DNA from: Pristiophorus japonicus
Lineage: Eukaryota
DNA: 64,000 nt
Direction: 5' to 3'
NCBI RefSeq assembly: GCF_044704955.1
Contig: NC_091984.1
Location: 106,392,001 to 106,456,000, forward strand
The position numbers and the translations under genes are program-made. The stretch's first letter is position 1; each line of letters begins with the position of its first letter. Under the pieces are notes generated by a model that ran no database searches, was not told where the DNA came from, and was given only the letters and a program-made list of their open reading frames with translations. Of the stretch, positions 37,426 through 50,029 are shown in pieces.

Positions 37426-38626
37426 GTGTGTAGTTTATGTGTGTGTGGAAACACTTGTAAGCATTAAGATTTAGCATACGAGAATCTTTTTTTCTAACTG
37501 GTTTGTATTCTTGATTTCTTAGCTTGTTACAATGTACTAAATATAACATATTGGGGAAGAAGGAGAATTCCTAAACATGTACGAGAGTCAGATATGGGAG
37601 TGGCTGATAATTATACATACTTAAGACTTTTACTTAAATATTAATAAACTCAGATCTTTGAAGATTCTCTTAAGTCAGCCTGTTCTATATAGTGCTTCCC
37701 ACCAATCCAAGTGCATTATGTTATTGTGTGAAATGGATTTTACCTCATTCTTATGACTCACCTGACTGTCACCCCATGGGTTGAGGAGTAGTTCAGGAAT
37801 TTTGCCTCCTCCCTTATGGGTTTCTGCCTTAAATCTAGGTTGAGTGTAATTGAATTATGTAATTATAAGGATGTGATATATTTAGTGCAGTTTCTTGAAC
37901 TGGCCCTCTCTTGTATATTTTTGTAATACTGAACCAGGCAATGGATATACTGATAGATTTAAAATTCTCTGGTTATTTGAGGTTGCCTTCTGCTCCTACT
38001 TCTTTTCCCCTTTTTTCTCTGAAAATCTTAACTAATGCCCATTCAATGAATAGACATTAATTAGGATTGACCTTTGTGATTGTTAACACCATATCTATTA
38101 AATTTAAAGTTTTGTGTCTAGCGTGCATTTATGGTTTCGCACTTCAAAGTAAGGCATGCTAAAAGTGTGACACATTTGTCAGGCAAAAACAAACTACAGT
38201 TGGCTTAAATAACCACTACCCTGTTAAGTTAACCATGTTGTTAGCTTCATAATTAATTAATATTACCCTATCAAAAAAACATTCAATTTAATAGACAGAT
38301 CAGCAACAAGTAAACATCACAAAACCAACCAATCAATTTACTTAATTATTTTCAAAATTCAGCAATCTGGAACATGCAATTATAGTACTACAAAACAAAG
38401 CAATCAACTGCTTAAATAATTTCTTCATACTATTTTCCATTGTTGTTTTCCTCCTTCATTCAAGTAAGTACACACAGTTTTGAAAATAAAATCATTAACC
38501 TGCCTCTAAAATTGGTCAGCTAAATGTTAGAAATGCCCACAAGAAGTTTCCTCCAAATAGACCTGCCTTTCTGTCTGCAGGTTTGAGCTGCAAATTTCAC
38601 CTGTGGCTTGGTTCTTGGTTTTACCA

Positions 38627-38628
<2 letters not shown>

Positions 38629-38657
<29 letters not shown>
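38629..38657. repeat. (TG)n microsatellite
   Basis: About 14 TG units. Confidence 0.95.
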
Positions 38658-38664
<7 letters not shown>

Positions 38665-39544
38665 ATGCTTTTATGTGATGCTTTTTACAATTTTTACCTC
38701 TTCCTGTAGAATACAATACTGTGTGTACTGTGACAGCTCCTATTACATGTCAATCTGGTAGAAAATTTACAGATGACTGAGGTGTGTATGGCAGGGGAAA
38801 GCAACAAATATAAAAATATTTAATATTCTTGCAGTGTTTCATACGGTTTGTCTTTATTAAATAAACATTTGGAGCTAAAAATGTCATTTGTGATGAGGGT
38901 TATGTTTGTTGCTGATGGAATAATGTTTGTGCTGAACCCAGAGGAGGTTGTTTGAAGTATCTGCGAATGGACTTTGTGGTCAGAGTCAGTCAGCCAGCAT
39001 CTATGGCAAATGACTAACTGTTCAAGGTGCTGGTCATTGGAGACGAGACAGTGGAAACATATCTGGTACTGTGTTTTACCAATAGCAACTTTAACAAGCT
39101 CTCTAAATGTAGCATATAAGGAGAGTAAATATATATTTTTTAATCACGAGAAAAAGAAGTAAGGTTTTGGGAAGGGAGGAGGGAAGAATAAATAATCTAC
39201 CTTAATCTACCTATATATTAAGCATGTAAATCCACCACAGGAGTGAAGCAAAAAAAACATTTCTGAATGTTAATAATTAAGAGGTTTAGGGAAAGAAAAA
39301 CAAAGTTACTTAACCAAATTTTGTAATGTGGTAACTGGTATGTAAATAATGAGATTGATATCTTTTGGTATCAGCACAGTCTGTAATGTTTTTATCCAGT
39401 CAGTCAAGTGATAAGTTGCTTCTGTAAATTTACATTGCACTGAAGGGCAAATTGCTATTGTAGGACAACAACAACTACTTGTATTTTTATAGCACCTTTA
39501 ATGCAGTAAATCATCCTAAGGAGCGTTATCAAACAAAACTTATC

Positions 39545-41950
39545 GAATCATAGAATGGTTACAGCACAGAAAAAGGACATTCGGCCCGTTGAACTTGTGC
39601 CGACTCTCAGTTAGTCTCGCTCCCTTATCCTTTCCCTGAGCTCTGCAAATCTTTTTCCTTCAAATACTTATCCAACTCCCTTTTGAAAGATAAGATTGAC
39701 TCTGCCTCTGCCGTCCTTTCAGGCAGTGCATTCCAGTTCCCAACCACTTGCTGCACAATAAAATTTTTCTTATATTGCCTTTGGTTCTTTTGCCAATCAC
39801 TTTAAATCTGTGTCCTCTGGTTCTCGACCCTTCTGCCAATGGGAATAGTTCATCTCTACTCTGTCCAAACATTCATGATTTTGAACACCTCTATCAAATC
39901 TCCTCTCATTCTTCTCTGCTCCAAGTAGAATAACCCCAATTTCTCCAGTCTATCAACGTAACACTAAGCTGGGTGGCAGTGCGAACTGCGAGGAGGATGC
40001 TTGGAGGCTGCAGGAGATCTTGGACAGGTTAGGTGAATGGGCAAATGCATGGCAGATGCAGTATAATGTGGATAAGTGTGAGGTTATCCACTTTGGTGGC
40101 AAAAACAGGAAGGCAGATTATTATCTGAATGGTAACAGATTAGTAAAAGCGGAGGTGCAACGAGACCTGAGTGTCATGGTACATCAGTCATTGAAGGTAG
40201 GCATGCAGGTACAGCAGGCAGTAAAGAAAGCAAATGGCATGCTGGCCTTCATAGCGAGGGGATTTGAATATAAGAGCAGGGAGGTCTTACTGCAGTTGTA
40301 CAGGGCCTTGGTGAGACCACACCTTGAGTATTGTGTGCAGTTTTGGCCTCCTAATCTGAGGAAGGACATTCTTGCTATTGAGGGAGTGCAGCGAAGGTTC
40401 ACCAGACTGATGGCAGGACAGACATATGAAGAAAGACTGGATCGACTAGGCTTATATTCACTGGAATTTAGAAGAATGAGAGGGGATCTCATAGAAACAC
40501 ATAAAATTATGATGGGTTAGATGCAGGAAGAATGTTCCCAATGTTGGGGAAGTCCAGAACCAGGGGCTCACAGTCCAAGGATAAGGGGTAAGCCATTTGG
40601 GACCGAGATGAGGAGAAACTTCTTCACTCAGAGAATTGTGAACCTGTGGAATTCTCTACCACAGAAAGTTGTTGAGGCCAGTTCGTTAGATTTATTCAAA
40701 AGGCAGTTAGATGTGGCCCTTATGGTTAAAGGGATCAAGGGGTATGGCGAGAAAGCAGGAATAGGGTACTGAAGTTGCATGATTAGCCATGATCATATTG
40801 AATGATAGTGCAGACTCGAAGGGCCGAATGGCCTACTCCTGCACCTACTTTCTATGTTTCTATATAACTGAAGTCCCTCATTCCTGGAATCATTCTTGTA
40901 AATCTTTTCTAAAGTGTGGTGCCCAGAATTGGACACAGTACTTCAGTTGGGGCCGCACCAGTGTTTTATATAGGTTCATCATAATTTCTATACTATTGTA
41001 CTCTATATCCCTATTTATGAAGCCCAGGATCCTGTAAGCCTTTTTAACTGCTTTCTCAACCTGCCCTGCCACCTTCAACGATTTGTCCATTCATATTCCC
41101 AGGTCTCTCTGCTTGTGCGCTTCCTTTAAGATTGTACCATTTTGTTTATATATCCTCTCTGTCTTCCTAAAGTTTATCACTCTTCTCACTGTTCACTATA
41201 CAGGTGTCCGAAATCCGGAAACCTCGGGATCGAGGCCATTAATGATTCTGGGTATTTCCGGATTTCAGAACGTCTTTCTGACGTCCTGAACCCGGAAACG
41301 CGCGAGTCGAGGTTCGGGTATTTACGGATTTCGGAACGACTTTCCGGCATGCAAGGTTGGGGGTGCCGTGGTCGCTATGCTTTGCAGTTTTGGCGTACCC
41401 GTGTGCTGGCCGAGGGAAGATGCTGGGGGGGAGGTGGGGAAACCTGCGTTGCGGCCCCAGGAGCAGCGGTGTCTGTGGGTGTGAAGACCTGCAAGAAGAG
41501 ATGGGTTGGAGTTTTTATTTTTTGATTCTTGTGAGTGTTCTGAGAATTTTTGTTTTTTGGATTTTCCCTAGGCCCGGCTCGCAGTGGTAATCGGTTTAGC
41601 AGGGTGACCAGATTCCATAACATTTTCCGGATTCCAGACAACCCCGCCACAGATCGGCCTGGTGTCCGGATTCCGGAACATTCCGAATTTCGGAACTCCG
41701 TATTTCGGATGTTCAACCTGTACTGCCAAGTTTTGTGTCTTCTGCAAATTTTGAAATTGCGTCCTGTACACCCACGCCCTAGTCATTAATATATATCAAG
41801 AAAAGCAGTGGTCCTAGAGCTAAGCCTTGGGGAACAGCATTGTATATGTCGCTCCAGTCCGAACAACAACCGTTCACCACAACTCTCTCTTTCCTGTCAC
41901 TTAGCCAATTTTGTATCCATGCTGCAACTGACCCTTTTATTCCGTGGGCT
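39545..41950 (-). mobile_element. CR1 LINE (minus) hosting a nested plus-strand CR1 (~39960-40864) and a Tigger-like MITE
   Basis: The minus copy is collinear on both sides of the inserts. The plus copy encodes WQMQYNVDKCEVIHFG...LVRPHLEYC and has its own TTTCTATG tail. Confidence 0.85.
41201..41720. mobile_element. Tc1/mariner (Tigger-like) MITE with repeated TCCGGA/TTCGGA motifs
   Basis: TA|CAGGT(5-nt deletion)GTCCGAAATCCGGA ... TCCGTATTTCGGATGTTCAACCTG|TA. Confidence 0.8.
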
Positions 41951-41954
41951 TGAC

Positions 41955-42260
41955 ACCGAGCCACCTAAGGAGATATTAGGGCAGATGAGAGGTACGTTTT
42001 AAGGACCATCTTAAAGGAGGATAGAGAGATGGAGAGCTTTAGAGAGGGAATGCCAGTGCTTAGGGCCTTGGCAGCTGAAGGCACGGCCGCCAATGGTGGA
42101 GCGATTAAAATTGGGGATGCTCAATAACCAGAATTGGAGGAGCACAGATATCTCGGAGAGTTGTAGGGCTGGAGGGGATTGCAGAGATAGGGTGGGGCGA
42201 GGCCATGGTGGGATTTGAAAATAAGGATCAGAATTTTAAAATCGAGGCGTTGCTTAACTG
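41955..42260 (-). mobile_element. L2 LINE 3' region fragment
   Basis: Minus strand encodes RLDFKILIL...RYLCSSNSG.L..P.FNRSTIGGRAFSCQGPKHW, typical of the L2 C-terminus. Confidence 0.7.
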
Positions 42261-43360
42261 ACCATGGTAAACATTAGAAACTGCATCCAGGTCCAGGGTT
42301 TCTTGTGAGCAATGTCATGGGAGATCTTTAAGTATATAGTAGATTTTATTATGACAGTGAATTGGTAAATGTACCATTGCTGGTTCAACTTGCTCCAGTT
42401 ATGTCTCATGCTATTTTTCTATTGCATTTGAAATAAAAACATAAAGCACAGTCGAAAGAAAAGCTCCTAGCTTCCATAGACCATGTACAATCTACTTTAC
42501 CATGAATACTATCCATACATTTACTCTTTCCCAGACATTTCACTTCTGGAATTTATTCCTGCTACTCAGAAAGCAAATAAAATGAAGCTCCAAAATAACT
42601 GCAAAACTTTGCACTATCTATCCACCCCTGACTTGTTGCCTTTCATGGTCTGATGTTTGGCATTCCAGCAAGTCCAGAACACCATGTTCCTCTGTACATT
42701 TTGATTATTTATATCTGTACATGTCCTTATGACTCCCAACCCTGTTTCGAATCATTAATTTGAACAACCTTTTTCTTTTAATTGTTAGTGGATGCAGCAT
42801 TAGCTTCTTTTACTAGGATTATCCTCCACATATCCACTATTGCTTGGGGGGAGGGACGGTGGTGTGGGGACTGAAAATAAAATCCTCCTAAACTTAACCC
42901 ATGCCTGAGGCTTGTGTTGTCTAATTCTGTTCTTCCGGTCAAATTTAAATAACTTGCTTCATTTATATCAGAGACACTTAGTCAATTTTGTTGAGGTTTA
43001 AGGAGTAAATTGCTTAGGGGCTGCTTTACAGACCCACCAAAAGGTTTATTTTTAATAATCATATTTGCTATATACCCTGTATCACATTTTTCTAGCATTG
43101 AATCAATGCACTGAATTTGTTTAACCACTTTTATTAACTAGATTGCCACGTTTGTTTCCACAAACTAGTTGTGTAAAGACTACTGCAAGTCTCAACCCCC
43201 TGTACTGTGCACTTTCTCCACCTAAGCGTCGAGGACAGGCAAAAGGCCAGCCTCCAGAGAACCATAACTCAGTCTGTGGAACTCCGGAAGAACAGGCTTC
43301 CTTAAGTGTCTATGCTGCCTGGCGTGCAGTGGTTCTTCAGTGATTCTGTACTTGCTCTGT

Positions 43361-43767
43361 GTTCAGAAGAATGAGAGGGGATCTCATAGAAATGTTTAAA
43401 ATTCTGATGGGTTTAGACAGGTTAGATGCAGGAAGAATGTTCCCAATGTTGGGAAAGTCCAGAACCAGGGGTCACAGTCTAAGGATAAGGGGTAAGCCAT
43501 TTAGGACCGAGATGAGGAGAAACTTCTTTACCCAGAGAGTGGTGAACCTGTGGAATTCTCTACCACAGAAAGTTGTTGAGGCCAATTCACTAAATATATT
43601 CAAAAAGGAGTTCGATGTAGTCCTTACTACTAGGGGGATCAAGGGGTATGGCGAGAAAGCAGGAATGGGGTACTGAAGTTGCATGTTTAGCCATGAACTC
43701 ATTGAATGGCGGTGCAGGCTCGAAGGGCCGAGTGGCCTATTCCTGCACCTATTTTCTATATTTCTAT
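43361..43767 (+). mobile_element. CR1 3' fragment
   Basis: FRRMRGDLIE...TRGHSLRIRG...RNFFTQRVVNLWNSLP plus 3'UTR tail. Confidence 0.9.
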
Positions 43768-43774
43768 AGACACT

Positions 43775-44232
43775 GGGGGTGAAATTGGACCTTGTTACGC
43801 CTGTTTTCCAGGCAAAAACGGATGCAAAGAGATGCATATTAGGGTGACAACTACCCGTGCCCGAACAATGTTGGAAACACGCCATATTTGTTCGGGTGTT
43901 ACAGAAGTATCCCTGACAGTCAGCTAACACAGGCATTAAGCCCCTTGAATATGCTAAGGAGCCTGAAGGGTGCGCCTCTCAGCGCCACATTAAAACAGCG
44001 GGCCTCTACCGGCCAATTCTCGCCCTACTCCCAGTTACCCCCTCCCCCCCCCACTCTCCTAAATCCACCCCCCAGACTCACATTAGGCCCTTGTTAACCT
44101 CCCTCACCAGTACTCTACTAATGAAGTCAGTAGATCAATTTGCCGTGGTCCTGTCGCTGACCTCATTAGGCACTTGCAGCATGCTCTGCACCCGAATCGT
44201 GCCCAATTCTGGTGAAATCAATTTTCTAGGCC
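43775..44232. mobile_element. Probable Harbinger MITE
   Basis: Imperfect termini GGGGGTGAAATTG...CAATTTTCTAGGCC, flanked by ACT/ACT. Confidence 0.6.
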
Positions 44233-44558
44233 ACTACATTATAAATGCCTGAAACAAAGTATCATATTTCTCTAGAAATCTACATGAATTTATAAACATT
44301 TATTTGTTTTATAACAGATTTGGTGAATTAAATAATGTTCTGTAATAGTGAAATCTGCTATGATGATCTTTTGTTACTGTAAGTTTTACTTTTAATGTCT
44401 GATTGTTAGATTATAGACTAAATCATATGGTCTAATAGGGTGGTAATTATTCCTTTATCCGAAAAACTAGGAGCACATGAGAGGACTTGTAATTTCCAGT
44501 GAGCAAATTACACTGTGTTCTGTTTGACCCTGGACAATGCTACAACATCAGATATACA

Positions 44559-44879
44559 GGGCTAAAAATGTGGGTGCCCCACGTTTGTGGGCGGTGACAT
44601 TCGCAAGGCGCGAGACTTCGCAGCAGGCGCGGAAGTCTCGTCTCTCGCAAGAAATTGTGGTTACTGCCCCCAAAATGAAGTGGAGCGCTAAATCAAGGGT
44701 GGACGCCTCGGGAGTGGGGTGCATGGCTCAGCCAGCGTTGTTACCGCCGCAGCTAAACTCCCGCCGAATTTAGCTGGAGTCGTTAGCGGCATCGCGCCCA
44801 GTCGCAAAGTTGTTTACTCCCTGTTAGAATCCCCCCTGGGGGCGCTAACGGGAGGTGCAAATGACCCGAATTTCTCCCA
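44559..44879. mobile_element. Probable short Harbinger MITE
   Basis: CpG-rich ~320-bp island in AT-rich intron, with GGGCTAAAAAT...GAATTTCTCCC-like termini. TSD unclear. Confidence 0.5.
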
Positions 44880-46067
44880 CTGTGTGTATAAGATCACACT
44901 TCAGTTCATTGTCATTGTATAGTCTTTTTGGTTTCTTTAGCCCATCCATTTTCAGTATGAGAAGTGCACTGTTTTTTTCAGCTGTATGCACAGTTGTTTG
45001 CAGGTTTTGTAGAAAATGTTACAGGTCATTCTGTTAGATAATCATCCTATGTGAATGGCCAAATTAATGGAGAGATCACTTTGCTTTTCAAACACCTGGC
45101 TGTATTAGTGTACAGAATTGTGGCCACATTTGTGCTATACCATATTTGTTCCAACCCATTTTTGACTCGTCCATTACCTCCAACATCAGCCCCAATTTCC
45201 AACCTACCTTTCGAATCCATGATTCTTGAACTTGTCTGCCTACAACTCTGTATCCATCTCTCCCAAAACTCCTTGTTTGAATAGCTCTGGCTCTGCTCTA
45301 CTCATATCATCAACACAGCCCTAGTCAAGTCAGAATGACAATATCTAGGGACTCTGACCATGGTATATTGTTATTCTTCCTAATCCTCTTCCACCTTTCT
45401 GGAGCTTTTGATAAAATAACCACTCACATTCATTGCCTTGCCTCCATTGTCTAGCTCTGGAATTGCCCATCCCTAGTTCTACCAATATAAACATAACCAG
45501 TGCATTTTTAGCAATGGCTTCCACTTTCCTCAATGATCTATCCTGAACCCCTTTTCCTTACTCATCTATATGCTGCCCTCAGTGACATCTGTAGACATGG
45601 GACCAGTTTCCATATGTATGCTGATGACTCCTAACTCTCTCTTTCCATCAACTCTCTTGATTGCTCAATCACATGAGCCTGACCAACTATATGCAGTAAT
45701 GCCAACTCTCGCGAATCCATTGTGAGCGTCGCGATTTTGGAGTGAAATAAAGCATCATGTGATGGAACGCCTAAATCTTGAGGGGGTTTTTGGGGGGAAA
45801 AAAACGCCGATTTGTTCATTCGGGGGAAAAAATTGCCCATTTGGAACACTTTTGAATTCTGAAGAGTCAGCCATCTTGATGTTTTTTAGGTTAAAAATTA
45901 AGAATTTGTTACTTAAAAAAAAATTAAGACAGCAATGACGCTTCCTGGCAAACTGAACTGTACAAATAAATAAAAGTTAAATTTCACCACCAGACGATTG
46001 ATAAATAGCTCCACAGGATGATTAAATCAACTCCCACAAAATCTCTAATCAACCTTTACAAAGTATC

Positions 46068-46443
46068 AGCTGTGGCTCAGTTAGTATCATCCTCGCTTCT
46101 GATTCAGAAGGTTGAGAGTTCCAGTCCCACTCCAGAAACTTGAGTACAAAAAACTAGGCTGACACTCCAGTGCTGCACTGTCGGAGGTGCCGTCTTTCAG
46201 ATGAGACTTTAAACTGAGTTATCCCCGGTGTGCTGGCCGATATTTATCCCTCAATTAACATCACTAAAACAGATTATCTGGTCATTATCACGTTGCTGTT
46301 TGTGGGAACTTGCTGTGCACAAATTGGCTGTCGTGTTTCCCACATTACAACAGTGACTACACTTCAAAAGTACTTCATTGGCTGTAGAACGCTTTTAGAC
46401 ATCCGGTGGTCATGAAAGGCGCTTATATAAATGTAAGTCTTTC
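46068..46443 (+). mobile_element. tRNA-derived DeuSINE (SacSINE1/AmnSINE-like) with an internal deletion
   Basis: A-box TGGCTCAGTTAG, B-box-like GAGTTCCAGTCCC, and Deu-domain sequences GTGCTGCACTGTCGGAGGTGCCGTCTTTCAGATGAG and TATTTATCCCTCAA...CAGATTATCTGGTCATT, followed by an L2-type 3' tail. Confidence 0.88.
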
Positions 46444-47099
46444 TAATCTTGAGTTTGATCCGAACTAACAGGCCAGAGTTTTAGCCTGCTGAATGGCTAC
46501 TTGCTTGCCTGCTGGTGGTGCTGTCAAATAACTGCACACTCTTTCGCTGGGAGCGGCCCATCTGAGGTGACCAATTCTTGTTGTTAATAAAGGGTGAGGA
46601 ATTAAAAGTTACCTAGCAAGGACGTGTGGGAAAATTGCTTGTTGCAGAAAATTAGAATGTAGACCTGGAAAAGATATTGTTGTCAGAACTTTATATACAC
46701 AGCAATCATATTCCCAGGCTCGAGCCCAGGGCACACAGCTTCTGCACGTAAACATTAATATTTAAATTTAATTTTTTTTTAAATCTTGCTCATTTGGGAT
46801 GCACCTAATTGCTTTATTGGATCCCCTTGTCATTCAATGTACCGAGGCGGTGCTACAATTTAGTGGGGCTTGATTTTTTTCTAATTTTCCTTGTTAAGTG
46901 TGATCCTTTCCCCCTAGTCATTTACTAACAGTTTGTAATAAAGTCTGTCCTGACTTAAAAAAATATTTATATATCAGTGCAAAAATGTGCAGATACACTG
47001 TTGTAAGATACAATTATAAAAAAATAAGCCATCCACTAGGATGCATGCAGAAAGGTTACAATGTATAAAACTTAAGATCTGCTTCCTGTTACTCTCTAT

Positions 47100-47887
47100 G
47101 CGCCCAAATTTGCCCAGGAGTTGCTCCATTTTTTTTTGCAGCAACTTGATTTTTCTGGAGTATCTTAAAAATCCCTATTCTGCACATTTAATTTGCCCCA
47201 GTGTAAGTGAGTTAGTTAGGATTTTTTTTAGTTTAGTTTTTTTTTCAGCCATCTACGCTAATAGTTGCTCCAAACTAACTTAGGCAAGTGTATGTGGCCA
47301 CTTGTGGCTGCACAGAAAACCCTTGGGGAGAGTTAAGAAATCAGTGCAGGTAGCCAGAAGTGGGGGGGGCGGGGGTGGAAGGGAAGCGGAGAGGACCTTG
47401 CAAAGCACTAAACACCTTCACAACAACATTCAAGAAGCATAAAATCCATCAGTAATAAATAAAACTTAAGTGCTACCTTCCTAACTCGGCCCGGGAAGGC
47501 AGCGGGCCGACTCCGACTCCGACTCTCTCTCTTGAGGACTCTCTGAGGACATCTCTCCGACAACTTCCAGAACTTCCATCCGACGACTTCCAGGACTTCT
47601 CTCCGTGGACTGACTGCTCTCTCCGTGGACTGACTGCTGTCTCCGAGACCTCTCCGGCTGGGGGCAGGAGCTACTGTACATGGACGAAACCTCCAGTGCG
47701 CATGCGTTGAGCTGCCGGCACTTTTCTTCGCGCAGGGCCCTAGCTCCGCTCCCTAATAGACAGACCACACCGCGCATGGAACAGGCCACAGAGCGGCCAG
47801 AATCCGAGGAGATCTTTTCGCCGCCGTTTTTACCCTAGGAAGTCGGCGCATCTCTGCTGAAAAAACGGGTGGGCCAAATTTGGGCCC
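47100..47887 (-). mobile_element. Non-autonomous Harbinger element (MITE)
   Basis: TIR GCGCCCAAATTTGCCC...GGGCCAAATTTGGGCCC, flanks TAT/CAT. Short internal tandem CTCTCCGTGGACTGACTG repeats. Confidence 0.82.
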
Positions 47888-48832
47888 CATGAAACTATTT
47901 GTCACAGATGTGAATTAACTTGACAAATCATTTACAATTAAAGATTTTTCCTTATTAAACTGGTGTTTGAGACTCTAAGTGAATCAAGGAATATGAGGAT
48001 CGGGAGGGAAAGTGAAGTTGAGGTTGAAGATCAGCCATGATCTTATTGAATGACTGAGCAGGCTCCAGGGGTCGTATTGCCGACTCCTGCCCCTATTTCT
48101 TATGTTCTTATGTCAGTAATTGTTTGGTGATGACTGAATGAATGTGCTTCCTGTCCGGGAATAAATGTTGCAGAATTAGCTTCCTGTCGGAAAACAAAGG
48201 ACAGCGAGGGGTCGGGACGGGCAAAAATGGCAAATCATAATTTCTATACCAAATCTCATGATTTTTAAGAGTTTGTCTCCTGATTTATGAGGTGATGGGG
48301 TTGGCAATATTGTATCTGGCATTTTCATGGGTGAGTCGCAATTTCCTCCAACTGAGCATTGGGAATACCAAAGCCATTGTTTTCAGCACACGCCATAAAT
48401 TTTCCCTTTTTGTCCCTTCCTTCATCCTCCTCCATGGCTACTTGCTCAGACTGAGCCAAACCATGTAAAAACTTGGTGTCATGTTCAACTCAGGGCTCAG
48501 CTCTAAAACCCAATAACTATCCCATCACCAAGATTGCTAATTTCCACCTCTACAACATTGCCCACCTCAGGGCCGCCACAGCTGAAATCTTCATCCTAAT
48601 CTGTGGGCATGCTTCCTTCCTTCCCTTTCGAAGAGCTGGAAATACAGAACATGAAACTTACCAAATTCCAGTAGCCATTGGGCCCCAAACAGATGTGTAC
48701 TAGAGTATCATACTATCTTTGTTTTGTTAATTTTGAGCCAAATTGTAATTTTTTAAAAAAGTATTATAATTGTCTTTGCCTTGCTAAATGCTGAACTCTG
48801 CCCATTATATGCCTTCTACCATCTTTCAACAG

Positions 48833-49012
48833 GCTAATGAAATTATTAAAAAGTTACATGGGGATATTAAAACACTAATGGGGAAGCTGAAACGTAAAAA
48901 TACTGTCACAATACAACAAGAAAAGCTGATATCAGAGAAAGAAAAACAATCACAGAAAGAGCAGAGGGAGCTACAGGAAGCTCGGCAGACATTACAACTC
49001 AAAGGAGAAGAG
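48833..49012 (+). CDS. SASS6: SAS-6 coding exon 11
   Basis: caacag| [31 protein letters not shown]...LQLKGEE |gtaaag. 180 nt. Confidence 0.96.
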
Positions 49013-50029
49013 GTAAAGCTCCAACTGCAACTTGAAGTTTGTGTGTGTGTATTGCTAAACTATAGGGATTTTAACATACTGGAAATGTGCTTTTATTTGA
49101 TAAGATAAATTTAAATTTCAGAATGCAACTGATTTGCTAAAGTTGTAGCATTTGCCATCTGACCAGGTGTCAATGCACTAGTCACAAGAAAATCTTACTT
49201 GAGTCCACCTGACTCTGGAAAGTAAATTTAGTTAACAGTAGCAGATCTTTCAAGGCATTGTTTAAGATGAGTGGAGGTAAGGGGAAGAAAATAAGTTTGT
49301 AAGAAATGGTAAAGAAAATTATTTTGATCAGTTGCTGGAAATAAAAAATATTATCAACTTCAGGTGGGTAAATAAGTTCTGTTTCCTCACATACCACATT
49401 TGTATTAAATAATTGTCTGCATTAGTATGTGAGCAGCTTTTTAACTTTGCTGTTATAGCAAAAGCCAAAAAAATAGACATGCTAAGTAACTTCTAGGGAA
49501 ACCCTTTTAAGAAATCTCTCCTATCCAGAGTGTATCTGTCCACCCTGAGCATCTACCTTCCCCTCCCCTCAGTCCCTCCTGCTGCCTCTTGCCTTCCTCT
49601 GCAATGAACATCTCCATTATTGTGCATTTATTAGCACCATGGAACCCTCTCCTCAGTGCTTCCACATCCAGCAACCCCATTCCCAATGCTTACATGCCCT
49701 GCCACAGCCATCCCAGCCTGACCACATGCAGCTTCCCACTGCTGTCACATCTTACACACCCCACTCAGTTCTCCCATCTCCAAAAAAACACCATTGCCCT
49801 TAGTGCTGCCATAGCCCCACACCCATCTCCACTCGTAACAAACCCTGGCATCCCCTTCCCATTGCTGTCAAACACCATGATACCTACTCTCACACCTCAC
49901 AACCACCTTCCCAGTGCTTTCAACCCACACGGCTCCCCCAACTTTCCACTACTGCTAAACATAGTTGTTACAATCCGCCTTCCTATCTATGTTCAACTTG
50001 GAACATTTTTCCTACCATCATGAAGGGTT

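Noticed and set aside
46068-46135. tRNA gene
   Set aside because: The A/B boxes belong to the tRNA-derived head of a SINE and no cloverleaf is evident.
49500-50020. C/A-rich low-complexity tract with a 144-aa Pro/His/Ser ORF
   Set aside because: Compositional bias explains the ORF. No splice signals or homology were recognised.
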